Source of the DNA: Mobula hypostoma
Taxonomy: Eukaryota
Reading direction: 5' to 3'
Assembly (NCBI RefSeq): GCF_963921235.1
Contig: NC_086097.1
Coordinates: 114,578,001 to 114,642,000, forward strand
Length of the DNA: 64,000 nucleotides
A program made the translations under genes and the position numbers. Positions 1 through 11,651 of this stretch are shown here, piece after piece. The notes under the pieces were generated by a model. The model had not been told where the DNA came from and ran no database searches. It worked only from the letters and a program-made list of their open reading frames with translations. Position 1 is the first letter of the stretch. Every line of letters begins with the position of its first letter.

Positions 1-57
1 GATTTATTGCTTATTTATTTATTTATTTGTATTATTATTTTTTGTTTGCACTTTGTA

Positions 58-1596
58 CAAACCCCATTTCCAGAAAAGTTGGGATATTTTCCAAAATGCA
101 ATAAAAACAAAAATCTGTGATGTGTTAATTCACGTGAACCTTTATTTAACTGACAAAAGTACAAAGAAAAGATTTTCAATAGTTTTACTGACCAACTTAA
201 TTGTATTTTGTAAACATACACAAATTTAGAATTTGATGGCTGCAACACACCCAACAAAAGTTGGGACAGTAGCATGTTTACCATTGTGTTACATCACCTT
301 TCCTTTTAATAACACTTTTTAATCGTTTTGGAACTGAGAATACTAATTGTAGTAGATTTGCAATTGGAAAATTTGTCCATTCTTGCTTGATATAAGACTT
401 CAGCTGCTCAGCAGTCCGTGGTCTCCGTTGTCTGATTCTCCTCTTCATGATGCACCATACATTTTCAATAGGAGATAGATCTGGACTGGCAGCAGGCCAG
501 TCAAGCACACGCACTCTGTGTCTACAAAGCCACGCTGTTGTAGCCCGTGCAGAATGTGGTCTGGCATTGTCCTGTTGAAATAAGCATGGACATCCCGGGA
601 AGAGACGTCGCCTTGATGGCAACATAAGTCTCTCTAAAATCCTAATATACACCTCAGAGTCAATGGTACCTTCACATACATGCAACTCACTCATGCATAA
701 CAATCTGGATGGTCGTTTTCATCTTTGGCACGGAGAACTCGACGCCCGTTTTTTCTGAAAACTAGCGGAAGTGTGGACTCATCTGACCACAGCACACGGT
801 TCCAGTCTTTCGGTCCATCTGAGATGAGCTTGGTCCCAGAGAACTCACTGGCGTTTCTGCATAGTGTTGATGTATGGCGTCCTCCTTGCGTAATACAGTT
901 TCAAGTTGCATTTCTGGATGCAGCGACGGACTGTGTTGAGTGACAATGGTTTTCCGAAGTACTCCCGAGCCCAGGTGGCTATACTTGTCACAGTAGCATG
1001 ACGGTTTCTTAGACAGTGCCGCCTGAGGGCTCGAAGACCACGCGCATTCAGCAGTGGTTTCCAACCTTGCCCTTTACGCACTGAGATGTCTCTGAATTCT
1101 CTGAATCTTTTCACAATATTATGTACTGTAGATGTTGAAAGACCTAAATTCTCTGCAATCTTGCATTGAGAAATGTTCCTTTTGAACTGACTAACAATTC
1201 TCTCACGAATTTTGGCACAAAGGGGTGAGCCACAACCCTTGCTTGCAAAGACTGAGCCTTTGATGGACGCTACTTTTATACCCAGTCATGATACCTCACC
1301 TGCTACCAATTAGCCTGCTTAATGTGGAGTCTTCCAACCGGTGTTACTTGAATATTCTGTGCACTTCTCAATCTTATTTTAACTCTGTCCCAACTTTTGT
1401 TGAGCGTGTTGCAGCCATCAAATTCTAAATTTGTGTATGTTTACAAAATACAATTAAGTTGGTCAGTAAAACTATTGAAAATCTTTTCTTTGTACTTTTG
1501 TCAGTTAAATAAAGGTTCACGTGAATTAACATATCACAGACTTTTGTTTTTATTGCATTTTGGAAAATATCCCAACTTTTCTGGAAATGGGGTTTG
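58..1596 (-). mobile_element. Tc1/mariner DNA transposon (DD34E, IR/DR type), full length with defective transposase
   Basis: 212-bp TIRs (58-269, 1385-1596) with about 4 mismatches, TA TSDs (56-57, 1597-1598), internal direct repeat AAAAGTTGGGA. Transposase remnants WSDES, QDNARPH...SPDLSPIE with 34 residues between D and E. Start codon lost, a stop/frameshift near 845 and a small deletion near 700. Confidence 0.95.
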
Positions 1597-1974
1597 TATT
1601 TTCACAGTTTGTCGTCTTTTGCACATTGGTGTATTGTCTTTTTTTGTGTGTGGATTTTCATTGATTTTCATTGTACTTCTTTGTATTTACTATGAATGCT
1701 TAAAAATGAATATGTTGTACAAGGTGACATCTATGTATGTTGACAATTAAATTTACTTTGACCTTGAACTTTGAATCATTGCCGTGCTTGCTGACCAACA
1801 CAATTCCCCTCAATATCTTGACTTTAACATTCTTATCACTATTTCCAAATCCCTTTGTGTCCTCAATCTTTCCCATCTCCAACATTCTCCAATGCAACCA
1901 CTGTTAGAGATACTAGACTTTGTTTTACCACTACTATCTTTCTGGCAATGTGACACATTCCATCATTCAGACAA

Positions 1975-2330
1975 TCAGACCATAAAACACAGGAGCAGAA
2001 TTAGGCCAATCAGCCCATTGAATCTGCTCCGCCATTCGATCTTGGTTGATTTATTATCTCTCTCAACCTCATTCTCCTGCTTTCTCCCCATAATCTGTGA
2101 CGCCCTATAGAAATTAATGCTAACATTGCATTTGCCTTCCTTACTACTAACTCAACCTGCAAGTTAACCTTTAAGGAATGCTGCACGAGGACTCCCAAGT
2201 CTCACTGCACCTCCAATCTTTGAGTTTGCACCCCATTTACTAAGAAAGGTTCATGCTAAATTCCTCCCACTAAAGTGCATGCCAATACATTCCCTACACT
2301 GTATTCCACCTGCCACGTCTTTGCCAGTCT
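1975..2330 (-). mobile_element. CR1 LINE fragments
   Basis: LGVLVQHSLKVNLQVELVVRKANAMLA plus the 3' UTR shared with other CR1 copies in the window. Confidence 0.8.
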
Positions 2331-2334
2331 GTAA

Positions 2335-2890
2335 CAGCAGCAGATGTGAGTAAGACTCTGCAGAGACCCCCCATAAGATGGACCAGACAACATCCCAGGT
2401 TGAGTACCTGGGGAATGGGGACACCAATTCACTGGCGTCTTCAACGCTTCACTCATCCAGGCTACTGTCCACACACGCTTCAAATCAGCCACCATTACCC
2501 CTGTACCAAACAACTCTACACCTTCAGAACTAAACGACTACCACCCGGTCGCACTGGCATCAATCATCACCATTTGCTTTGAACAGTTGTTAATGGCACA
2601 TATCAAAATTCCATTCCTGCCACATTGGGACACTCACTAATATGTTTATTGACAGAACCGCTCTACAACAGATGGCATAGCATCTGTCATGCACCTAGCC
2701 CTGACACACCTAGAAAACAAGGACATTTATGTCAGAATGCTGTTTCTGGATTTCAATTTGGCATTCAACACTATTGTCCCACAGATCTTGACGAACAAAC
2801 TCCCACTCCTTGGACTAAGTACACCACTGTGCAACTTGGCGCTGGACTTCCTAACCAACAGACCTCAGATAGTCAGGATGCCGAACTGCT
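2335..2890 (+). mobile_element. Rex1/Babar-type LINE RT fragment
   Basis: [30 protein letters not shown]...[12 protein letters not shown]. Confidence 0.85.
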
Positions 2891-2894
2891 CCTA

Positions 2895-4565
2895 CCTAAA
2901 AGAGAGGATAGAGTAGATATCAGGCAGTTAGGAAATGACACTGGAGAGGTAGTAAAAGGGGCCAAGGAACTGACGAGTGAACTGAACAAGTATTTTGCAT
3001 CAGTCTTCACTGTGGAGAACACCAGCAGTATGCTGGACATTTGAGAGTGTCAAGAGGCACGGATGAGTGCAGTTACTATTATGAGGGAGAACATGCTTGG
3101 GAAGCTGAAAAGTCACCTGGACCAGATGGACTACATCCAAGGGTTCTGAAAAAGGCAGCTAATAAGATTATGGAGGCATTAGCAATGATCTTTCAAGAAT
3201 CACTAAATTCTGGCATGGTCTTAGAGGACTAGAAAATTGCAAATGTCACTCCACTCTTGAGGAAGGGAGGGAAGCAGAAGAAAGAAAATTATTGGCTAGT
3301 TAGCCTGGCTTCAGTGCTTGGGAAAATGTTGGATACAGTTCAGGATGAGGCCTCAGGACATACGGAGACACATGCTAAAATAGTCCAAAATGGTTTCTTA
3401 CGGGAAAATCTTGCCTGATAATTAGTTGGAATTGAGGAAAAAACAAGCAGGATGGACAAAGGAGAATTAATGAATGTTATGTACTCGGATTTTCAGAAAG
3501 CCTTTGACAGAGTGCCACACATGAGGTTACTTAACAAAAGCCTATGGTATTACAGGAAAGATACTAGCATGGATAGAGGATTGGCTGATTGGCAGGAGGC
3601 AAAGAGTGGGAATAAAGGAACTCGTCTCTTGTTAGCTCCCGGTGACTAGTGGCATTCTGCAGGGGTCTGTGTTGGAACTGTTTCTTTTTATATGTCAATA
3701 ATTTAGATAATGGAATTGATGGATTTGTGGGTAATTTTGTGGATGATACAAATGTAGGTGGGAGGGACAGGAAGCAGGGAATCTGCAGAAGTTCTTGGAT
3801 AGATTGGGAGAACGTGCAGAGAAGGGGCAGATGGAATACAGTGCTGGGAAGTGTATGTTCATGGGAGTTCTTGTGCAGGATTCCTTAAAGGTTAACTTGC
3901 AGGTCGAATCGGTGGTGAAGGCGGCATATAAAATGTTAGTCTTCATTTCCAAAGGACTCGAGTATAAAAGCAAAGATGTAATGCAGAAGCTTTATAAGGC
4001 ACTGGTGAGGCCTCACTTGGAGGATTCTGAGCAGTTTTGGGCCCCTTATCTACGAAACAACGTGCTGACATTGAAGAGGGGTCAGAGTTGCACAAGAAAG
4101 GATTACAGTAATGAAAGGGATATCATATAAGGAGTGTTTGATGGCTCTGGGCCTGCACCCACTGGAATTTAGAAGAATGAGGGAGGATCTCTTTGGAACC
4201 TATCAAATGTTGAAAGACCTAGATAGAGTGGATGTGGAGAGGATGTTTCCTATATAGCGGGAGAGTCTAGGACCAGATGGCAGAACCTCAGATTAGAAGG
4301 GTGTCCATTTAGATGAGGGTGACTTTCCTTAGCTAGAGGGTAGTGAATCTGTGGGAATTTGTTTCTTCAAGCGACTATGGAGCCTTGGTGTTTGAGTGTA
4401 TTTAATGCGGAGGTTGATAGGTTCTTCAATAGTCAGGGCATGAAAGGTTATGGGGAAAAGACAGGAGAATGGAGGTGAGAGGGAAAATGGATCAGCCTTG
4501 ACAAAATGGCAGAACAGTCTCGATGGGCTGAATGCCTAATTCTGCTGCTAAGTGTTATGGTCCAA
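2895..4565 (+). mobile_element. Degraded CR1 LINE ORF2 and 3' UTR
   Basis: KSPGPDGLHPRVLK, DFQKAFDRVPH, FVDDT, LYKALVRPHLE with many stops and frameshifts. Confidence 0.9.
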
Positions 4566-5179
4566 ATTCACACATTTTGCTTTGCAGCTGCACTGATTAT
4601 GAGCTGTCAATGAATTCTTTCTTCAGTTTGTTAAATGTCTTGCTCCGCCAGCTCCATCATGGGCACTCGCCTCCCCGAAATCGAGGACATCTTCAAAAGG
4701 CAGTGTTTCTAAAGACAGCATCACCCCCATCACCCAGGAAATCCCCTCTTCTCATTACAACCATCAGAGAGGAGGTACAGGAGCCCGAGGACTCAATGTT
4801 TTAGGAACAGCATAAGTCCACACCAACATCAGATTTCTGAATGGAAAATGAAACCATTCACTACTTTTGCTCTCTTTTTACACTATTCATTTATTTATTT
4901 TTTATGCATATACACACTTAGTTGCCAATGATGTCCCAGTCTAAAATATCGACTGTTTATTCACTTTCATACATACTGCCTGATCTACTGAGTCCCTCCA
5001 GCATTTTGTATGTGTATCTCTAGATTTCTAGCATCTGCAGAATCTTGTGTGTTTAGAATGGGGAAGAAATATGATCCAAGTCTCCTTGACCATGGAATGA
5101 TTGTTGGTGCCGAAGTCTCAGAAACTGCTGATCTCCTGGAATTTTCACACACAACAGTCTCTAGAGTTAGACAAACCTT

Positions 5180-5780
5180 GACCACTTTACTACAAGATGT
5201 TCCAGGTCAGCTGAGCAGAATTGAGACAGAACTGCCATGTCTGTGCAGCACAATGAGTTAATCATGAAGTATATGCCAACTCCTCCACCTTTAACTAACT
5301 CAGCTGTCCTGTCTTTGCGGTGGATGGTGAAGCCCTTAGGCTGCAGTGCTGCATCAGAATAGCAGGGCTAAGCCATGTTTCTGTGCAGCAAAGTACACAG
5401 CAGTATCTGATGTCCCTCAGGTACGGCAATCTTGCTCTGAGGTATTCAAATTTTATTTTCCAGAGGCTATACATTTGCCAACAGCGTAGTCAGGAGTGGG
5501 CGGGGGGGGGGTGAAAGGCCTCTGCATTCTAATTGTACCTGTTGCCCAGCAAATCTTGCTCACTTCCTTTTTCTTAAAGAGAAACTGCACTGGCAACCAG
5601 AGTCCGCTCTCTGGAGTCCACCAATTTTGTGGATCGATAGATTTTTTTTTTAAATATCCGGAAATGATGTTGCTTACTGAATTGACTATGGATTTCAGGT
5701 GTAGTAGTCCTAAACGGGAATATTTGAAGATTCCCACTGGAGCTGCACACAGTTGTCACTTTCCCAAGCCACCTTTAAAA
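5180..5780 (-). mobile_element. Rex1/Babar LINE 5' region and APE endonuclease fragment
   Basis: Manual translation across frameshifts: LLANV*PLENK, YLRARL, TETWLSP, GFTIHRKDRT, KGGGV, CSADLEHLVVK. Confidence 0.7.
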
Positions 5781-6026
5781 TACTTGCAATTTTGAACTCA
5801 AACACAGATGTGCTTGGTGCACCAGAAATAGGCGCATCTTTCTCAAATATTTGTCAAATTTTGTTATTAAATGTGCACTGAAGTAGGTTAAAATATTTTT
5901 CTCTGGTAAGGATATTAAAAATGTAAGTTATTTTTCTTCCCACAACTGTTCAACAACCAGGAAAGCTATTTAATATGTTGTCTTTTATAAAGATATAATA
6001 ATCTTCATAAATATGCTCGAACTTAC

Positions 6027-6100
6027 CTGACATGACGCCTTCTACCCCGCCGAGTTGTCTCTCCATAACCTTTTATAGGCTCTCCCAGCACTGCAATTAT
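6027..6100 (-). CDS. TIMM21: TIMM21 coding exon 4
   Basis: caacag|...|gtaagt, 74 bp, encodes IIAVLGEPIKGYGETTRRGRRRHV, the Tim21 KGYGE-x-TRRGRR motif. Later exons not found in the window. Confidence 0.95.
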
Positions 6101-6282
6101 CTGTTGACACAAGTTGTTTTTAAATCTTAATATTCAAATTTTAACAGTATCAATCTAGTCTATTTAGTGTTCATTGGAAAATAAAAACTGCATTAGACTT
6201 TGTTTCTATAACTTTCCCATTGGCCACAGCAGAAATGAAACGTGGAACTTGAGAGGACTTTGCTTCTGTTACAATTATATTA

Positions 6283-6801
6283 TACTCAGTGGCCACTTGA
6301 TTGGTTAACTCCTGTACTTAATAAAGTGAACACTGAGTGTACATTCATGGTCTTCTGCTGCCGTAGCCCATCTACTTCAAGGTTCGATCTGTTGTGCGTT
6401 CAGAGATACACGTGGTTATTTGAGTTACTGTCACCTCCTTGTCAACTTGAACCAGCTGGTCATCTCCTCTGACCTCTCTCATTAACAAGCCCAAAGAACT
6501 GCTGATCATTGGATTTTTTTTTTTTGTTTTACGTACTATGCTTTGTAAACTCTAGAGACTGTTGTGCATGAAAATCCCAGATCAACAGTTTCTGAGATAC
6601 TCAAATCACCCATCTGGCACTAACAATCATTCCACAGTCAAAGTCACTTAGATCACATTTCCTCTCCATTCTGATGTTTGACCTGAACAACAACTGAACC
6701 TCTTGACCATGTCTGCATACTTTTATGCATTTTGTTAGTAATAAAAAATTTGCATTAATGAGCAGATGTATGGGTGTACCTAATAAAGTGGACACTGAGT
6801 G
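6283..6801. mobile_element. Non-autonomous Tc1/mariner element
   Basis: Ends (c/t)ACTCAGTGGCCACTT and AAAGTGGACACTGAGTG, flanked by TA. Related sequence at 5055-5167 and 26867-28250. Confidence 0.8.
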
Positions 6802-7688
6802 TACGCTGAACACATCAGTACTTACATCTTTCCTGCCTATTTAGTGTATACATTTAAGTAGGTGCATACATATCTAATTATTTTGTCAGAAATACACAAC
6901 TTATTGCCAGCTTCTAAAGCAATGCACATCTGATTCTCATTCATCTCAAGTAAATATTCCCTCATCAGCAACTCTCAGCATGCAAGTCAAGCAGATTTAC
7001 AACACGTCTGTATGTAGCCTCTCACTCAAGCCTTGGTCAGCTCAATGCCATTTGGGAGGCAGCAATGGGAGTTTAACGAGATCTTGAAATTACACAAGCA
7101 TACAATACAATGAGTTCTGCTGACAGTCTTTCACCATTACATTGTGTAATACTATTGTCACATTAAGGACCTTCACTATCCAGGGCATGTTCTCTTCTTG
7201 CTGCTGCATTCAGATTCAGGAAGGAGGTACAGGAGACTTCCACATCACCAGGTTCAGCAACAGTTATTACCCTTCAATCATCAGGCTCCTGAACCAATGT
7301 GGATAACTTCATTCACCTCAATGCTGAACTGTTCCCACAATTTATGGACTCACTTTTAAGACCTCTATAACTCATGTTCTCAGTATATTTGATTGTATCA
7401 TTTATTATTATTTGTTTCTTTTGCATTGGACAGTTTGACGTCTTTTGTACATTGTTTGTCAGTCTTTGCGTGTAGTTTTTCACCTACATTGTATCTTTGT
7501 TCTGCTGTGAATGCCTGCAAGAAATTGAATCTCAAGGTGGTATATGGTAACAGATACATACTTTGATAATAAATTTATTTTGATTGTTTTATATTAAGTG
7601 GGTTAGTATCACTATGAAAAAGGCAGAGCAGAATTTCAAAAACAAATGTTATGTGTTTGTACTCTTAGTCACAAGGAGATACTAAAGA

Positions 7689-7695
7689 TGTGCGC

Positions 7696-7736
<41 letters not shown>

Positions 7737-7750
7737 TGCGCACGCGCGCA
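7689..7750. repeat. (TG)n microsatellite with (CG)-rich flanks
   Basis: About 60 bp of uninterrupted purine-pyrimidine alternation. Confidence 0.95.
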
Positions 7751-9184
7751 AAGGAGCATATCTGGCACATTATGCTACAGATCTCAAGATCAGGAAAAGA
7801 AAACAAAAAGGTAATATTTCAATTAATAGTTACCGAGTGGTTATGCTGTCACACTATCAACCCAGAAGTTGAAAGCTCATTTCCCACTGCAAGATGTGAT
7901 ACTGAGTTCAGCAAGACTATTTACATTAATCTGAATTTGTTGATTCTTTTCCACCTTGAGATTCAAACCTCAAAGTAAATTTATTATCTAAGTACATATG
8001 TGTTGCCATGTACTACTCTTGAGATTCATTTTCCTCCAGGAATTTACAGTCGAATAGAGAAATGTAACAAAATCTATGAAAAACTACACACAAACATATA
8101 CATATGTGTCATGTTAAATTCATTATACCTTTTTCTCCTCTCACCTGGAGGTCTTGAAAAAGATCAAAGTGGAATCAGAATTCCAAATAAACTTAGTAAT
8201 GAGGATTAGTGGTGTTTAAAACTCAGAGAAAACCACAGGAATTTTGGAAGAGCAATGGTAGCTGGTAACTTGAGGGAAAGTGCATGATGAGGGAGACAGA
8301 GTAATCAAAGGTCACAGAAGGAAACTGAAGAAACTATAAATAGAACAATTTGCCGGCCAAAACACTCAATAACCATGGAAAAACCTGAACTCATTCTTTT
8401 TAATTGAGATGTAAAACCTGTTTTGCATCATCTTAAAATAATCAGTGGCAAGGTAGTCACATCTGCTAATTAGGAACAGGTTACAAGCTATTTCAGACTG
8501 ATCAGCAAGAACTTGGGAAAAATGTTGTTGTTGTCAAAATGACACATTAAGTTTGAAACATTTAGCCTAGGCAAGCCCCTAATTTCTGTAGGACTGGTTT
8601 AGAAGAGTGTTCTATAATGACCGAATGGATAGTTGATAATCATCAAACAACCAGCAATCACTAGCGTGGACAGCCAAAGGTACTACTTTCAGGGAGATAC
8701 AAGCTCTCTTACAGCTCTATCTGTCTTATTCTCCTATTCCCAAAGGAATTAGCAGAAAGCAGATGAACTTATTAAAAATTGAAATCCAGTCAACATTAGA
8801 ATACAGGCTTGTTCAGGAGATCATAAATTAAACATCTTAGCTAACTTTACAGAATACTGCAGCTAATTTAGAGTTTAAAGGAGTTTTAATCTGAATTTTA
8901 TCACAATTATGACTACTTAGGAGCAAAGTAGTTTAAAAACTATATTCCACCCTAAATTAAATTATTCAAATGCACAGAATCTCAGAGTTGGTGCCTCTGC
9001 TAGAGACAATGTTGCAACACAGAGTGTCATTTATATTAGCACCAATTTATTTCCAATTGATTAGTAATGGTGGGATGGGTTGCTCCTTCCTGGCTTCTGA
9101 ATGCTTGCCACTTATTCAGGTAGAAAAGGTCAACAAAATTTGCTCAAATAGATTACAGAAGATATTTAACGTACATGGCATATT

Positions 9185-9645
9185 TAACCATATAACCATA
9201 TAACAATTACAGCACAGAAACAGGCCATCTCGGCCCTTCTAGTCCATGTCGAACTCTTACTCTCAGACCGACCTGCACTTAGCCCATAACCCTCCATTCC
9301 TTTCCTGTCCATATAGCTGTCCAATTTAACTTTAAATGACAACATTAAACCTGCCTCAACCACTTCTGCTGGAAGCTCGTTCCACACAGCTACCACTAAA
9401 GAAGTTCCCCCTCATAATACCCCTAAACTTTTGCCCTTTAACTCTCAACTCCTGTCCTCTTGTTTGAATCTCCCTCACTCTTAATGGAAAAAGCCTATCC
9501 ACCATCTATCCCCCTCATAATTTTAAATACGTCTATCAAGTCCCCCCTCAACCTTCTACGTTCCAAAGAATAATAAAAACCCAACTTGTCCAACCTTTCT
9601 CTGTAACTTAGGAGATGAAACCCAGGTAACATTCTAGTAAATCTT
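9185..9645 (-). mobile_element. Young CR1 3' fragment
   Basis: VWNELPAEVVEAG...FKVKLDSYM and an (ATATGGTT)n tail; close relative at 59392-59935. Confidence 0.85.
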
Positions 9646-9779
9646 TAAGTTTTCATTAAATATATAATATGTAGTATAAATTTTAGAAAGGCTTTAAAGA
9701 TAACTTTATTTGTCACACGTACATTGAAGCATCAATACAGAAATTGCATTGTTCTGCATCAAATCAAATCAGGAAGGGT

Positions 9780-10010
9780 CGTGTTGGGCAGCCTGCAAGT
9801 GTTGCCACTTTTCCAACATAACATGCCCACAACTTACTAACCCTAACCCTTACCATACGTCTTTGGAATGTGGGAAGAAATCAGAGCATTTTGTGATCTC
9901 AGGGAGAACATGCAAACTTCCTTCGGGCAGAGGCTGGAATTGAGCCCTGACTAGTGATTGTTGGCCCTTGAAAGCAACTGTGCTAACCGCTACACTATCA
10001 TGCCACCATA
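9780..10010 (-). mobile_element. tRNA-derived SINE (HE1/V-SINE-like)
   Basis: Minus-strand head GGCATGATAGTGTAGCGGTTAGCAC (A-box-like). Similar copies near 12780-13010, 48100-48370 and 50740-50950. Confidence 0.65.
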
Positions 10011-10951
10011 TTTAATATATGTAATGTGGAAAACAGAGCATGTTTTCTTTTAATATATAGTACACATCTTCATTTGGCAAATCTGTTAAGAAAAACAAAT
10101 AACAGGCCAGTAAGCATCTTTGGAAAGCAGAGACAGCTTATTGTTCTGGGTGTAAACCAATAGATTGCAAGTTAAGAGGATGACCAGTCCATCAATACAA
10201 TTAGAAATCAGAATCAGATTTATTAGCATCCTACGTTGTGAAATTTGTGTTTTGTGGCACCACAGTGCATACATAACAAGTACTATAAATTACGATAAGA
10301 AATCTATATATGTATAAAATTAATTTAAAATTGAATAAAGAGTGTTGCAAAGAGAACAAAAAGTAGTGAGGTTGTGTTCATGGGTTGGTTCATTGTCCAT
10401 TCAAAAATCTTAAATCTTCTGAAACTGATATCAAAACTGAGCTCTTTTGAGAGATGTTACTGAATCGGTCTTCACCACCTATGGCAGTAGATTTTAAACT
10501 CGTTACAAAAAAAAATAATTCTCTTATATCACTTTTACATTACTTGGTGCCTGCATTAAATGTCTTGTCTGGTTAACCAATGCATCAGTGAAATATTTCC
10601 TCCTCAGTTACTCTGTCAAAACGTACAATCTCCCATTAAGCACTTCTGCAATAAAGAGAGCAACCCTCGCATCGAGCAGTGGTCCCCAACCACCGGGCCG
10701 CAAAGCATGTGCTACCGGGTTGCGAGGAAACGATATGATTTGGCGATATGAGTCAGCTGCATCCTTCCTCATTCCCTGTCACGCGCACTGTTGAACTTGA
10801 ACGTACGCAAGGTCATTACCCGCACATCATCCACGTCAGTGCGGGAAGGAGATCAACTCCTCAAGCTTGCAAATAACGGCAGGCTGAAAAGTATGTTTCA
10901 CATAACATTGCTGCCGGCATTCTGGATCAAAATCAAGGCTAAATATCCTGA

Positions 10952-11651
10952 CAACACACATCAAAGTTGCTGGTGAACGCAGCAGGCCAAGCAGCATCTA
11001 TAGGAAGAGGCGCAGTCGACGTTTCAGGCCGAGACCCTTCGTCAGGACTAACTGAAGGAAGAGTGAGTAAGGGATTTGAAAGCTGGAGGGGGAGGGGGAG
11101 ATGCAAAATGATAGGAGAAGACAGGAGGGGGAGGGATAGAGCCGAGAGCTGGACAGGTGATAGGCAAAAGGGGATACGAGAGGATCATGGGACAGGAGGT
11201 CCGGGAAGAAAGACGGGGGGGGGTGACCCAGAGGATGGGCAAGAGGTATATTCAGAGGGACAGAGGGAGAAAAAGGAGAGTGAGAGAAAGAATGTGTCCC
11301 TCTGTCCCTCTGAATATACCTCTTGCCCATCCTCTGGGTCACCCCCCCCCGTCTTTCTTCCCGGACCTCCTGTCCCATGATCCTCTCGTATCCCCTTTTG
11401 CCTATCACCTGTCCAGCTCTCGGCTCTATCCCTCCCCCTCCTGTCTTCTCCTATCATTTTGCATCTCCCCCTCCCCCTCCAGCTTTCAAATCCCTTACTC
11501 ACTCTTCCTTCAGTTAGTCCTGACGAAGGGTCTCGGGCTGAAACGGCGACTGCGCCTCTTCCTATAGATGCTGCTTGGCCTGCTGCGTTCACCAGCAACT
11601 TTGATGTGTGTTGCTTGAATTTCCAGCATCTGCAGAATTCCTGTTGTTTGC
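10952..11651. mobile_element. Penelope-like element: inverted pair of pseudo-LTRs (fold-back) with 15-bp TSD
   Basis: Arms 10952-11268 and 11297-11613, 28-nt spacer, 38-nt tail, TSD GGCTAAATATCCTGA (10937-10951, 11652-11666). The same sequence adjoins a GIY-YIG ORF end at 27257-28116. Confidence 0.9.
11014..11049 (-). ncRNA. Minimal hammerhead ribozyme motif (Penelope pLTR)
   Basis: AGUC-CUGACGA-AGGGUCUCGGCCU-GAAAC-GUC-GACU: conserved core boxes, stem I AGUC/GACU, GUC cleavage triplet, palindromic ACGU in place of stem III. Confidence 0.8.

Noticed and set aside
5549..5772. Possible TIMM21 exon 5 (AG...GT bounded)
   Set aside because: All three frames contain stops, none resembles the Tim21 C-terminus, and the region continues into a Rex1-type endonuclease.
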